Below the pieces are notes generated by a model that saw nothing but the letters and a program-made list of their open reading frames with translations, had not been told where the DNA came from and did not search any database. A DNA stretch of 64,000 nucleotides from Spirochaetaceae bacterium (GTDB lineage Bacteria; Spirochaetota; Spirochaetia; DSM-2461), in the NCBI GenBank assembly GCA_051531975.1, contig JAOPTT010000006.1, positions 656-64,655 on the forward strand. Reading direction: 5' to 3'. How positions within the stretch are numbered: the stretch's first letter is position 1; each line of letters opens with the position of its first letter. A program made the position numbers and the translations under genes. Positions 43,336 to 53,712 of the stretch are shown here, piece after piece.

Positions 43336-45090
43336 ATGAAATTAAGAAAAGTTTTTAATTGGATCATGTTCGTAGCTGTATTATTAACATTAAGTTATGT
43401 TTATATAACTATGTTGAGAAACAATGTAGTTGAAAAAATTGATGAAAAACATAATGAGCGTTTTTTGTCTTTTGCAATCGCTGATGAGTTTAGACAAACA
43501 TCTGCAAATCTGACAAGATTTGCAAGAACATATTCTGCAACAGGTGATCAAAAGTATTGGGATGAGTATTGGGCACTTGTTGGTTGGAGTTCTGGAGAGA
43601 CTCCAAGACCTGATTTTGTCCATTCTGATCTTTATCCAGGAGAAAAAATAAAAGAGTTAGATGTTATGGCTAGGGTTGGCCTAACAGAAGATGAACTTAT
43701 ACAACTTGGTGCGATAATAGGCCTATCAAATGATCTAATATTATTAGAAGATCAAGCTATGCAATCTGTACAATCAGGTACTTTTGTTGATGGACCTGAA
43801 GAGATTTATGAAGATGAAAATATTAATAGTTTTGCAGTAAGAATATTATATGATAAAACATATCATGATGTTATTTATCAGATTATTGAGGAAGTTGATG
43901 CATATATACGTGAATTAGATGTACGAATATTTAATCAACTAAATGTATTAGAAAGCCAAGAAACTTTTATTAATACAATTGCGATGATTATACTCGCGAT
44001 TTTAGTAATTTGTATTTTTTCTCTTATTATATATTTAAATAAATATATCCTAAATAAAGTTCTAGGTGGTGAGCCTGTAACTATTGGAGAAATGGCTAAA
44101 AATATTGCCAAGGGAGATCTTAATATAGATTTAATTCATAAAGATAGTATTGGATTAATGGGCGAAATGGTAACAATGACAAATAACTTCCGTGATGTTG
44201 TTTCTGAAGTTCGAAATAGCTCAAATAATGTTGCTTCAGGCAGTAGCCAACTTAGTGAGACATCTAATCAAATGTCCCAAGGAGCCACTGAACAAGCAGC
44301 TGCTATTGAAGAAATATCATCATCCATGGAAGAGATGGTTTCAAATATAAGACGAAATGCAGATAACTCTATACAAACTGAAAAGATAGCAAGAAAATCT
44401 GCTGTTGATGCAGAAAATGGTGGAAGTGCAGTTAATAAAACAGTCCAAGCTATGAAAGATATCGCATCAAAAATTAATATTATTGAGGAGATTGCTAGGA
44501 ATACAAATCTACTTGCACTAAATGCATCAATTGAAGCAGCTAGAGCAGGTGAATATGGAAAAGGATTTGCAGTTGTTGCATCAGAAGTTGGAAAACTTGC
44601 CGAACGTAGTCAGTTAGCGGCTTCTGAGATAAATGGACTTGCAACAAATAGTGTTCAAATCGCTGAACAAGCTGGAGTTACTATAAACGATATGATTCCA
44701 GATATAATTCATACTGCTGAATTAATACAGGAAATTAGTGCTTCTAGTAATGAACAAAACTCTGGAGCAGAACAGATCAATGCTGCCATAATGCAGCTTG
44801 ATAAAGTTATACAGCAAAATGCGTCTGTTTCTGAGGAATCATCTTCAATGGCAGAAGAGCTTAATGGTCAATCTATGTTACTAAAAGAAGCAATTAGTTT
44901 TTTTAAAGCGGGTAATTCAAATGATACAATTAAAAAAAACCGCGTAGATCATACAACTAAAAGTTTACCTTCTAGACACATTATAAAAGAGCCAAAACAG
45001 AGAGCCAAAGGTGTTAATTTAAAAATGAACGATAGTGAACAATATAGTTTATATGATGATGAATTAGATAGTGACTATGAGGCATTTTAG
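43336..45090 (+). CDS. MCP (sensor paralogous to the 19879 MCP), pentapeptide DYEAF
   Basis: [18 protein letters not shown] sensor; MCP tip. Confidence 0.93.
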   Translation: MKLRKVFNWIMFVAVLLTLSYVYITMLRNNVVEKIDEKHNERFLSFAIADEFRQTSANLTRFARTYSATGDQKYWDEYWALVGWSSGETPRPDFVHSDLYPGEKIKELDVMARVGLTEDELIQLGAIIGLSNDLILLEDQAMQSVQSGTFVDGPEEIYEDENINSFAVRILYDKTYHDVIYQIIEEVDAYIRELDVRIFNQLNVLESQETFINTIAMIILAILVICIFSLIIYLNKYILNKVLGGEPVTIGEMAKNIAKGDLNIDLIHKDSIGLMGEMVTMTNNFRDVVSEVRNSSNNVASGSSQLSETSNQMSQGATEQAAAIEEISSSMEEMVSNIRRNADNSIQTEKIARKSAVDAENGGSAVNKTVQAMKDIASKINIIEEIARNTNLLALNASIEAARAGEYGKGFAVVASEVGKLAERSQLAASEINGLATNSVQIAEQAGVTINDMIPDIIHTAELIQEISASSNEQNSGAEQINAAIMQLDKVIQQNASVSEESSSMAEELNGQSMLLKEAISFFKAGNSNDTIKKNRVDHTTKSLPSRHIIKEPKQRAKGVNLKMNDSEQYSLYDDELDSDYEAF

Positions 45091-45099
45091 GAGAATCTT

Positions 45100-45621
45100 A
45101 TGAATGATAATAATGTCCAGGTACTAAATCAGTATTTAACATTTACTTTAAATAATGAAAAGTATGGTATTGATATTGTAAATACCAGAGAAGTTCTTGA
45201 AACCACAGAATTAACAAAAGTTCCTAGAATGCCTGACTTTATGTGTGGTGTTATAAACTTAAGAGGTAGTGTTGTTCCCGTAATTGACCTGAAACTAAAG
45301 TTCAATATGGGGAGTTTAACTGATAATGAGAGAAATAATGTAATTGTAACCGAGATTAATGATCTAGATAGTGGTGACGAGAAACTAACAATTGGTATTT
45401 TTTGTGATTCTGTTCAGAAAGTTTTGACAATTGAACCAGAAAATATAGAGTCCGCCCCAAAGATTGGGATACCAATAAATACGGAGTTTATTCATGGAAT
45501 GGGAAAGGTTAAGGATGAGTTTATAATATTATTAAACATAAATAAAATTCTGACTAGTAAAGATCTTAATCAAATCGTTTCTGATGGTGATGAATCAAAT
45601 GAGGAATCTGATGGCAATTAA
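45100..45621 (+). CDS. cheW: CheW
   Basis: VPRMPDFMCGVINLRGSVVPVIDL. Confidence 0.93.
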   Translation: MNDNNVQVLNQYLTFTLNNEKYGIDIVNTREVLETTELTKVPRMPDFMCGVINLRGSVVPVIDLKLKFNMGSLTDNERNNVIVTEINDLDSGDEKLTIGIFCDSVQKVLTIEPENIESAPKIGIPINTEFIHGMGKVKDEFIILLNINKILTSKDLNQIVSDGDESNEESDGN

Positions 45622-45934
45622 AAAAGGAACAACCATATTATTAGGTAATGAGCTAATTATTGAAGTTATAGACTCTAAAAAATTAGATTTTTTAGAATAT
45701 CTTGAAAAGGGAAATAGTTTTAAAATAGATTTTTCGGAAATAAAAAAAATAGATATTATTGGTCTGCAGTTCATTATTTCTTTTTATAAAGAAGTAACTA
45801 AGGCAGGGAAAAAAATTAAATTTTCTGGTGTTTTTACTGATGAATTTATTGAAGAATTAAACAGCATTATTTTTACTTTGGATAGAATTAATAATACAAA
45901 TGATCTATCCAATCTAATTAAAGAGGTAATTTAG
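45611..45934 (+). CDS. STAS domain protein
   Basis: IDFSEIKKIDIIGLQF; ATG 45611 after GAGGA; paralog of the 26897 gene. Confidence 0.75.
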   Translation: MAIKKGTTILLGNELIIEVIDSKKLDFLEYLEKGNSFKIDFSEIKKIDIIGLQFIISFYKEVTKAGKKIKFSGVFTDEFIEELNSIIFTLDRINNTNDLSNLIKEVI

Positions 45935-45940
45935 AGGTCG

Positions 45941-48001
45941 ATGATGGAAGATGGTAGATTTATACAAATTTTTAAAGATGAGGCACTAGAGCTATTAGGA
46001 CAATTAGAGGACTCTTTATTAGAACTTGAAGCTAGTCCTAAAGACGAGGAGCTTATATCTGCAGTTTTTAGAGTTATGCATACAATAAAAGGTTCGGCTG
46101 GAATGGTTGGCTTAGAAGCTATTTCAGAGTTTACACATGAGGTTGAATCAATATTTGAGGAAATAAGATCTGGTAATATTATTGTCTCAAAAAGTTTTAT
46201 TGATTATACACTAAGATCTAGGGATATAATATTAGAGATGATAAATGATCCAGACTATAGATTTCAAGACTCTGAATCTTTCTTTTCAGGTTTCAAGAAT
46301 TCAATTAACAAAAGAACTGAAATTACTAAAACTGATTTACATCCAAAAACATATAGGATTATATTTAAACCAGATCCTGAAATCTTTTTTACTGGGACAG
46401 ATCCATTAAGAATGATACAAGAAATTCTTGAGCTAGGTGAAGGGGTCGTAATGCCTTTTTACCGTGAGATACCAAAGTTTACTGATTTTATCCCACAGCA
46501 GTGTTATATTTATTGGGAAATTTATCTAACAACTACAGAAAAAATAAATAAAATTCATGATGTTTTTATTTTTTTAAACGAGAAATCTTCTATTACAGTA
46601 GAAGAGTGGAATCATGAAATAGAAGACCCTAATCCTCAGAAACTTGGTCATTTACTTGTTAAAAGTGGACTACTAAAAGATAGTGATATTAATAATGCAC
46701 TCGATAAGCAGCCAATGCTTGGTGAAATTCTTATAAAAAAAGATATTTTAACTAAACATGAGGTGAAAAATGCATTAAAGGCTCAATCATATATAAACGA
46801 AAAGAAAAGTAACAAAGTAGAAACTAAAATATCAAATAGTTTAAGAATAAATTCTAATAAGCTTGATAGTCTTATAGATTTAGTTGGTGAAATTGTAACT
46901 ATTTATGCTCAAATGTTACAAATGAGTCATGAATCAGAGGATTCAAAGCTAGTATCTATAATAGAACGATTTGGTATGTTAACAGAAGATCTAAGGGATA
47001 CTTCCATGAGTATGCGCATGGTACCAATTGGTTCTACATTTTCAAGGTTCAAAAGGTTAGTTAGAGATCTTTCTGGTGAACTTGGGAAAAAAATTGAACT
47101 TGTTACTGAGGGAGCTGAAACAGAACTTGATAAAAATGTGATAGAGCAACTTAATGAGCCTTTAGTACATATAATTAGGAATTGTATAGATCATGGTATA
47201 GAAAGTCCTGAAATCAGAACCAAGAATGGAAAAAGTGAATCAGGTGTAATAAAATTAAGTGCGATTCATTCTGGAACAACAGTTCAAATCGTTATTGAAG
47301 ATAATGGTGGCGGATTAAGTAGAGATAAAATATATAATAAAGCCATTTCTCGAGGATTAATACAAAAAACTGATGAGATATCTAATAAAGATCTTTTTAA
47401 CTTAATTTTTGCACCAGGATTTTCTACTGCTGAAAATATTACAAAGGTTTCAGGTAGAGGTGTTGGACTTGATGCTGTAAAAAAACAGATAGAATTACTT
47501 AAAGGTCATGTATATATAGATAGTAAAGAAGGTGAGTTTACAAAATTTACTCTTGTTTTACCAATAACTTTAGCTATAATCGAAGGCCTTTTAGTTCAGA
47601 TTGAAAAAGAGTCTTTTGTAATTCCACTTGGAGCAGTGGAAGCTTGTGTTGAGTTAATGGATGAAAACAAAGACTTAAAGTCTGGTCGAAATGTAATAAC
47701 TTTTAGAGATAAATTAGTTCCATATATTGATCTAAGAAAATTTTTTAGTATTAAAAGTCAAAGGCAGACAATTGAGCAAATAGTAATTGTTAATTCAAAT
47801 CATCGTCAGATTGGATTACTTGTTGATAGCGTAATAGGAAGTCATCAAACTGTTATCAAATCACTCGGAAATATGTATCGAGGAGTACAAGAGATCTCAG
47901 GAGCAGCGATTTTAGGTAATGGTTCAGTTGCTTTAGTTTTTGATGTGGAGAAACTTGTTAGAGTAGTTGAAAAAACAGAAAGTATTTATGCTATTACATA
48001 A
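45941..48001 (+). CDS. cheA: CheA (second paralog)
   Basis: FRVMHTIKG, HIIRNCIDHGIE, VSGRGVGLD. Confidence 0.96.
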   Translation: MMEDGRFIQIFKDEALELLGQLEDSLLELEASPKDEELISAVFRVMHTIKGSAGMVGLEAISEFTHEVESIFEEIRSGNIIVSKSFIDYTLRSRDIILEMINDPDYRFQDSESFFSGFKNSINKRTEITKTDLHPKTYRIIFKPDPEIFFTGTDPLRMIQEILELGEGVVMPFYREIPKFTDFIPQQCYIYWEIYLTTTEKINKIHDVFIFLNEKSSITVEEWNHEIEDPNPQKLGHLLVKSGLLKDSDINNALDKQPMLGEILIKKDILTKHEVKNALKAQSYINEKKSNKVETKISNSLRINSNKLDSLIDLVGEIVTIYAQMLQMSHESEDSKLVSIIERFGMLTEDLRDTSMSMRMVPIGSTFSRFKRLVRDLSGELGKKIELVTEGAETELDKNVIEQLNEPLVHIIRNCIDHGIESPEIRTKNGKSESGVIKLSAIHSGTTVQIVIEDNGGGLSRDKIYNKAISRGLIQKTDEISNKDLFNLIFAPGFSTAENITKVSGRGVGLDAVKKQIELLKGHVYIDSKEGEFTKFTLVLPITLAIIEGLLVQIEKESFVIPLGAVEACVELMDENKDLKSGRNVITFRDKLVPYIDLRKFFSIKSQRQTIEQIVIVNSNHRQIGLLVDSVIGSHQTVIKSLGNMYRGVQEISGAAILGNGSVALVFDVEKLVRVVEKTESIYAIT

Positions 48002-48032
48002 AATAGATAATGCAATTTATAGAGGTATTAAA

Positions 48033-48866
48033 ATGTCCTCTGTAGATTTTAGTAAAATTCAGAATTATATTGGTGATACTATAGGAATCAATATTCCTTT
48101 AACAAAAAAATTAATGGTTGAAACAAGATTATTAAAAAGATTAAAAGCTCTAAAAATGACTAATTATGATGAATATACAAAGTACCTATTTAGCAAAGAA
48201 GGTCAAAGTATTGAAATACCTAGGTTTATAGACTGTATTACTACTAATAAAACTGATTTTTTCAGAGAGGAAGATCATTTTGATTTTTTAGTTAAAAATG
48301 TTTATCCAGATCTGATTAAAAAATTTAGATTTAAAGAGATAAATTTATGGTCTGCAGCAGCTTCAACAGGGGTTGAAGCATATACTATTGCAATGATTAC
48401 AGATAATTATCTACTAAATTATTCAGGAATTAATTTTAATATTCTTGCTTCTGATATATCTGAACAGGTTTTAAATATTGGAAAAAGGGCTGTTTATTCT
48501 ATCGAAGATTGTAAGCCCATCACAGGAATATTTAAAAAAAGGTATTGTCTTATTAGTAAAGATAAAGAAAAACCAACTGTAAGGATAAAAAAATATTTGA
48601 GACAAAAAGTTAATTTTAATATTATTAATCTAATTGATGACAACTATGAAATTGAAAAATTATATCATGTTATTTTTCTAAGAAATGTGATGATTTATTT
48701 TAATATGGAGACACAACTTTCAATTCTAAAAAAGTTATATAAATATTTACATCCAGAAGGTTATCTATTTTTAGGGCACTCAGAAAAGGTTCCTGAAAGT
48801 TTATCATTATTTAAAAGGGTTGGACCTTCAATATACGTAAAAAAGGAGAAAACTTTTAATGGATAA
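48033..48866 (+). CDS. cheR: CheR (second paralog); alternative start 47988
   Basis: [38 protein letters not shown] before ATG 48033. Confidence 0.93.
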   Translation: MSSVDFSKIQNYIGDTIGINIPLTKKLMVETRLLKRLKALKMTNYDEYTKYLFSKEGQSIEIPRFIDCITTNKTDFFREEDHFDFLVKNVYPDLIKKFRFKEINLWSAAASTGVEAYTIAMITDNYLLNYSGINFNILASDISEQVLNIGKRAVYSIEDCKPITGIFKKRYCLISKDKEKPTVRIKKYLRQKVNFNIINLIDDNYEIEKLYHVIFLRNVMIYFNMETQLSILKKLYKYLHPEGYLFLGHSEKVPESLSLFKRVGPSIYVKKEKTFNG

Positions 48867-49932
48867 TATAATTAAAATAATGATTGTTGATGATTCTGCT
48901 GTTGTCCGTAGTACATTTGCAGAGATAATATCTAATGAGAAGGATATTGATATATTATCTACAGCTGCTGATCCATATATCGCTGCAAAGAAACTACAAG
49001 AAAATATACCAGATGTTATCATCCTTGATATAGAAATGCCAAGAATGGATGGACTCACTTTTCTAAAGAAACTTATGTCTCAATATCCTATCCCAGTAAT
49101 AATTTGTAGCAGTAAAAGTGAAAAAGGATCAACAAATGCCATTAGAGCTTTAGATTATGGCGCTGTTGATATTATTCAGAAACCTCAAGTTGGAACAAAA
49201 GTATTTTTAGAAGAATCTAGAAAGTTAATCTGTGATTCTATTAGAGCTGCGAGTTTAGTAAAATCAAAAAAAGTAGTAGTACCTATTACTGTTACACCAA
49301 AACATAGTGCCGATGTTATAATGTCAAAGCCGATTAATAATAGATCAATCGAAACTACAGAGAAATTAATAGTTGTAGGAGCATCCACAGGTGGTACGGT
49401 GGCATTGAAGGTTTTTTTAGAGCAACTACCACTTGATTCTCCTGGTATTGTTATCGTTCAGCATATGCCTGAAAAATTCACAGAACAGTTTGCTAAAAGA
49501 TTAAATGAAACTTGTACAATTACAGTTAAAGAAGCAAAAAATAATGATTCAATATTAAGGGGTACAGCTCTGATTGCACCTGGTAATAAACATGTTTTAC
49601 TTAAAAGAAGTGGTAGTAGATATTATGTCGAACTTAATAATGGACCATTAGTATCTAGGCACAGGCCTTCGGTTGATGTTCTATTTAGATCAACAGCAAG
49701 ATATGCAGGTAGTAATGCTATAGGAATAATTATGACTGGTATGGGGGATGATGGTGCAGAAGGTCTATTAGAGATGAAAAATTCTGGAGCTTATACTGTA
49801 GCTCAGGATGAAAAAAGTAGTGTTGTTTTTGGAATGCCAAAAGAGGCCATAAAAAGGAATGCTCATTGTAAGATTATGGAACTAGATGCAATTGCTAAAC
49901 ATATAATGTCTAAGTTTAAGGTAATGATATAA
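48859..49932 (+). CDS. cheB: CheB (second paralog)
   Basis: [29 protein letters not shown]. Confidence 0.96.
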   Translation: MDNIIKIMIVDDSAVVRSTFAEIISNEKDIDILSTAADPYIAAKKLQENIPDVIILDIEMPRMDGLTFLKKLMSQYPIPVIICSSKSEKGSTNAIRALDYGAVDIIQKPQVGTKVFLEESRKLICDSIRAASLVKSKKVVVPITVTPKHSADVIMSKPINNRSIETTEKLIVVGASTGGTVALKVFLEQLPLDSPGIVIVQHMPEKFTEQFAKRLNETCTITVKEAKNNDSILRGTALIAPGNKHVLLKRSGSRYYVELNNGPLVSRHRPSVDVLFRSTARYAGSNAIGIIMTGMGDDGAEGLLEMKNSGAYTVAQDEKSSVVFGMPKEAIKRNAHCKIMELDAIAKHIMSKFKVMI

Positions 49933-50103
49933 TTATATATGAATATTAACTAATTTTTATTTAGCAAATTAAATATAATAATCCTATTTTATAGTTATTA
50001 TTGTAGTCAAAGTATTTACAGAATAATTTGACTTTGCTAATTTTTTGGATTAAATTTTAATATAGATATAAATAAATATAAATAAATATAAAAAAGAGGT
50101 CCC

Positions 50104-50469
50104 ATGAAAACAATATTTGCAGTAGATGACTCTGTTACTATAAGATCAACACTTAGCTATACCCTCACTAATGCAGGATTTGATGTACAATTAGCCGAAG
50201 ATGGTGTAATAGCTTTAAAGAAATTAGAGACATTCACAGATAAGATAGATGCTTTCCTCTTTGATGTTAATATGCCCAATATGGATGGCTTAACATTGAT
50301 TAAAAAAGTACGTGAATTACCAAAATATAAGTTTACACCTATATTATTTCTGACTACAGAAACTCAAGCCTCAAAAAAAATAATAGCTCAAGAAGCTGGA
50401 GCAACAGGGTGGATAGTTAAACCTTTTGATGCAGATGTTTTAATTTCTACATTAAAAAGATTTATTTAG
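50104..50469 (+). CDS. cheY: CheY-like response regulator (paralog of 33703)
   Basis: VDDS, FDVNMPNMDG, FTPILFLTTE, GWIVKPF. Confidence 0.88.
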   Translation: MKTIFAVDDSVTIRSTLSYTLTNAGFDVQLAEDGVIALKKLETFTDKIDAFLFDVNMPNMDGLTLIKKVRELPKYKFTPILFLTTETQASKKIIAQEAGATGWIVKPFDADVLISTLKRFI

Positions 50470-50537
50470 TATATAACTAAAGAACTCTGTAATAAATAAT
50501 ACAGAATTAAAACTTTAATACTATTCAAGGAGAATAT

Positions 50538-51788
50538 GTGATCAGAATCACGATTTTATTGTTGATTATAACTTTAAATGTTGTTGGTATATTTTTTAAC
50601 AATTTTACAAATATCACATCTATATTATCTATATTAATGGTTTTGTATCTTTTTTATGTAACAAGAAATAGAAAGAATATGTCTGAACAACCTATAGAAA
50701 AAGAAATTGTTGAATTAGAAATTAATACACCTAAAGATGATATATCTGAAGTTATTATAGAAGATAAATCTGAGATAGATTCAAATAACCAATATTCAGA
50801 AAATTTCTTTTATATTAAAGAGTGCCTTCACGTTATTGAAAACTTATCAATTAATACTAGGAAGTTTGAAGAAGATACTCTTCAATCTCTTTTTAAAGAA
50901 TTTGAAGAAATTTGGTCGGAAAGTGAAGTTATTGTTAGAGATACTAAGGAATCTATGAAATCCATATTTGATGCTAATTCCAAGGATAATCTAGCATATG
51001 TTCTAAATACTTCCAAAGAAATAAATAATGATTTCACCAATTTTATTCCAGTTTTAAACGTTATGAATAATGTAGCTGATAAATTTATCCAAACATCAAT
51101 AGAGAGTTTTGATACAATTACAAAAACGACTAAAGATATTGTTGATTTAGCTGAACAGGTTAAAGTTATTTCGATAAATGTTAGAATTGAAGCTGCAAGG
51201 GTGAAGGATAGTGGTGGTTTTAAAGTATTAGGTAATGACATATCAAATTTTGCTGAAAGAACTTCTAAGGTTGCATTATCAACGAATGAGCAGATAAAAA
51301 CGACTATGCAGGTCATAGATAGTTTGAAATCTGAACTGTCACAGCAATTAGATAGTGTTAAAAATCAAGCTCAGTCTATATTTGCAAAAGTTTCTCCTTT
51401 TGAAAAAATACTATACTCGTCTTCAGAATCTGTAATGGATGTAATAAAAAAACTTAATATTATATCAGGAGAACTTCAATCAAATCTTAGGAATTCAATA
51501 TCTAAATTACAATATCAGGACATAACAAACCAAGAATCAGATCATTTAATTCAAATATTAAAACAGATTGAAAAAGTAGAATTATCTAATTTAAATTTTG
51601 ATGAAACATTAACAATGGAAAAAAAGAAAGATATTAGAGAAAGAATAATTAATTATTTAAAGGATATAAGTACTACATCAAATGAAGAAAATGAAGTTGA
51701 AAGACTAGCAAAACAATGGGGTGTTCGTATTGTTGTAGATACAAGAAAACCTGGAAAAGAGAATGATGATGGTGTTATCTTATTTTGA
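50538..51788 (+). CDS. Atypical short MCP-like protein with CheZ-like motif (paralog of 34118)
   Basis: ISINVRIEAARVKDSGGF; LQYQDITNQ; ends DGVILF. Confidence 0.75.
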   Translation: MIRITILLLIITLNVVGIFFNNFTNITSILSILMVLYLFYVTRNRKNMSEQPIEKEIVELEINTPKDDISEVIIEDKSEIDSNNQYSENFFYIKECLHVIENLSINTRKFEEDTLQSLFKEFEEIWSESEVIVRDTKESMKSIFDANSKDNLAYVLNTSKEINNDFTNFIPVLNVMNNVADKFIQTSIESFDTITKTTKDIVDLAEQVKVISINVRIEAARVKDSGGFKVLGNDISNFAERTSKVALSTNEQIKTTMQVIDSLKSELSQQLDSVKNQAQSIFAKVSPFEKILYSSSESVMDVIKKLNIISGELQSNLRNSISKLQYQDITNQESDHLIQILKQIEKVELSNLNFDETLTMEKKKDIRERIINYLKDISTTSNEENEVERLAKQWGVRIVVDTRKPGKENDDGVILF

Positions 51789-51848
51789 ATTGTTTGTTTA
51801 ATGAATAACACAGTTTAATAATTACAGTAAAAATGATAAGTTTATCAT

Positions 51849-52040
51849 ATGAATGGACAAAATAGAGAAAATATAAAGCCTGGTATAGAGGTTAAAATTG
51901 TACAAAAGCACCACCAAAGAAGTGGTGAGTTAACAGAAGGGATAGTTAAAGACCTACTAACTAAGTCTAGTTATCATCCCCATGGAATAAAAGTAAGACT
52001 AGAATCTGGTATAGTAGGCCGTGTTCAGGAAGTTATTTAA
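51849..52040 (+). CDS. YwbE family protein
   Basis: GIVKDLLTKSSYHPHGIKVRLESGIVGRV. Confidence 0.88.
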   Translation: MNGQNRENIKPGIEVKIVQKHHQRSGELTEGIVKDLLTKSSYHPHGIKVRLESGIVGRVQEVI

Positions 52041-53137
52041 TTACAAAGGGCTTCAATAATATCTTTGTATATATTGAACCCTTCTACTAGCTGATTTATT
52101 TCTATGTATTCATCGGTTGTGTGAGCTTGTTTAATAGAACCTGGACCTAAAATAATAGGCTGAAATATATTTGAAAATTGTGACGCATCTGTTAAGTACG
52201 ATACAGTCTCAGATTTTCTCCCAGTTATTTTTTCTGATTTAGTTACAACTGGAGATTTTGGATCTGTGTGTAACGAATCATATAATACAGAACTAATTTC
52301 TAATCCTAATCTTTTTGCTTCTACTGAAATCTCTTCAATTACATCCTTAGTTCGAGCATCTGGCATTGATCTAAAACAAATTTTACATCTACTCCTAGCA
52401 GCTGTTACATTCATTGCACAATTAAAATCGCTTAAAGTTAAGTTAAGTGTATTTGTTGGTGGTTCAAAACTACTATTTTGATAAGTCTTATCTGTATCAT
52501 ATTTTGTTTTAAGCCCAGAAATAAAAGACATAAAAGGAATCATTTTAAAATTAGCACTTTGACCAATATTTGTACTAGAATGGGCAGCTTTTCCATAGGC
52601 TGTAACAACTATCTGTCCAACTCCTTTATGGGCATAAACAGGTTTTAACTCTGTAGGTTCTGTAGCAATTCCCCACTGAGGAGGAAAATCCTTTAACATT
52701 TTTGAATGTTTAGCTATAAACTCAGCACCTTCACAACCAATTTCTTCATCTGATGTGATAATAAAAGTAATTGGTTTTTTTGTTATTTCAAATTGTAATG
52801 CTGCTAACACAGAAGCAGCTGCAGGGCCCTTCATATCACAAGCACCTCGACCATATAATTTATTGTCTACTACTTTAGGAAATAGCCCAGAATCTTCAGC
52901 TATTGGAACTGTATCTGAATGTATTAAAAAAGCCAAACCACCTATACCACTTCCTTTTCTAGCAATTAAATTATATTTATCAATATTATTAGGATCTTTG
53001 TATGTTAATAATTCAGTTATATAGCCAGCTTCTACAAGGAGTTCTTTATATATATCTATTATATTTTTATTACATGTAGAACTTACACTATTAATCTCTA
53101 TTAGCTTTTTTGTTAATGTTATTAGTTTCTCTCTCAT
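52037..53137 (-). CDS. argE: M20 metallopeptidase, acetylornithine deacetylase-like
   Basis: HSDTVP, GRGACDMKG, DEEIG, TEPT, GPGSIKQAHTTDE. Confidence 0.78.
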   Translation of the reverse strand: MREKLITLTKKLIEINSVSSTCNKNIIDIYKELLVEAGYITELLTYKDPNNIDKYNLIARKGSGIGGLAFLIHSDTVPIAEDSGLFPKVVDNKLYGRGACDMKGPAAASVLAALQFEITKKPITFIITSDEEIGCEGAEFIAKHSKMLKDFPPQWGIATEPTELKPVYAHKGVGQIVVTAYGKAAHSSTNIGQSANFKMIPFMSFISGLKTKYDTDKTYQNSSFEPPTNTLNLTLSDFNCAMNVTAARSRCKICFRSMPDARTKDVIEEISVEAKRLGLEISSVLYDSLHTDPKSPVVTKSEKITGRKSETVSYLTDASQFSNIFQPIILGPGSIKQAHTTDEYIEINQLVEGFNIYKDIIEALCN

Positions 53138-53253
53138 ATATATAGTATAAAATATTAAAAAATAATTAAAAAGAGTAGTCTCTTTGATGTATTTTATAAA
53201 TTATTATATTTTTATTGCGGATTTTCTCATTATATGTAACTATAATTGTAATT

Positions 53254-53712
53254 ATGGATATAGATGAAACATCATTAAAGATTTTAAAAAAGCTAGAAGA
53301 TGGTAGAGCTTCATTTCAGAAAATTGCAGATTCTCTCTCAATTGCTGAAGGAACTGTTCGAAGTAGGGTTACCGGTTTAATTGATGCAGGAATATTAGAA
53401 GTTAGAGGTTTAGTGGATCTAGAAGCATTAAAAGGTTACAACATGGTTCAAGTTGGTATTAAATTATCAACAATGGATCTTATTGGAAAAGGCGAAGAGA
53501 TAAGCAAACTTCCTAGTATATTAAATGTACTTGTTGTTACTGGACGTTTTGATTTAATGGCTACAGTTTTGTTAAGTAATGATTATAAATTAGCTGACTT
53601 CTATATGAAAGAGATGAATACAGTTTCTGATATTCAAGGTGTAGAAACATTTGTTGTATATAAAGAATTTAATACAAAAATACCATGTACGGCAATAAAG
53701 GAGATTATGTGA
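53254..53712 (+). CDS. Lrp/AsnC family transcriptional regulator
   Basis: DGRASFQKIADSLSIAEGTVRSRV HTH; VTGRFDL; ATG 53254 preferred over TTG 53215. Confidence 0.88.
   Translation: MDIDETSLKILKKLEDGRASFQKIADSLSIAEGTVRSRVTGLIDAGILEVRGLVDLEALKGYNMVQVGIKLSTMDLIGKGEEISKLPSILNVLVVTGRFDLMATVLLSNDYKLADFYMKEMNTVSDIQGVETFVVYKEFNTKIPCTAIKEIM

Noticed and set aside
50061..50095. AATAAATATA short tandem repeat upstream of cheY
   Set aside because: Low-complexity AT sequence expected at this base composition.
51833..51848. ATGATAAGTTTATCAT palindrome as a Fur box
   Set aside because: Its symmetry is even-centred rather than the 7-1-7 of a Fur box, and there is no iron-related context.
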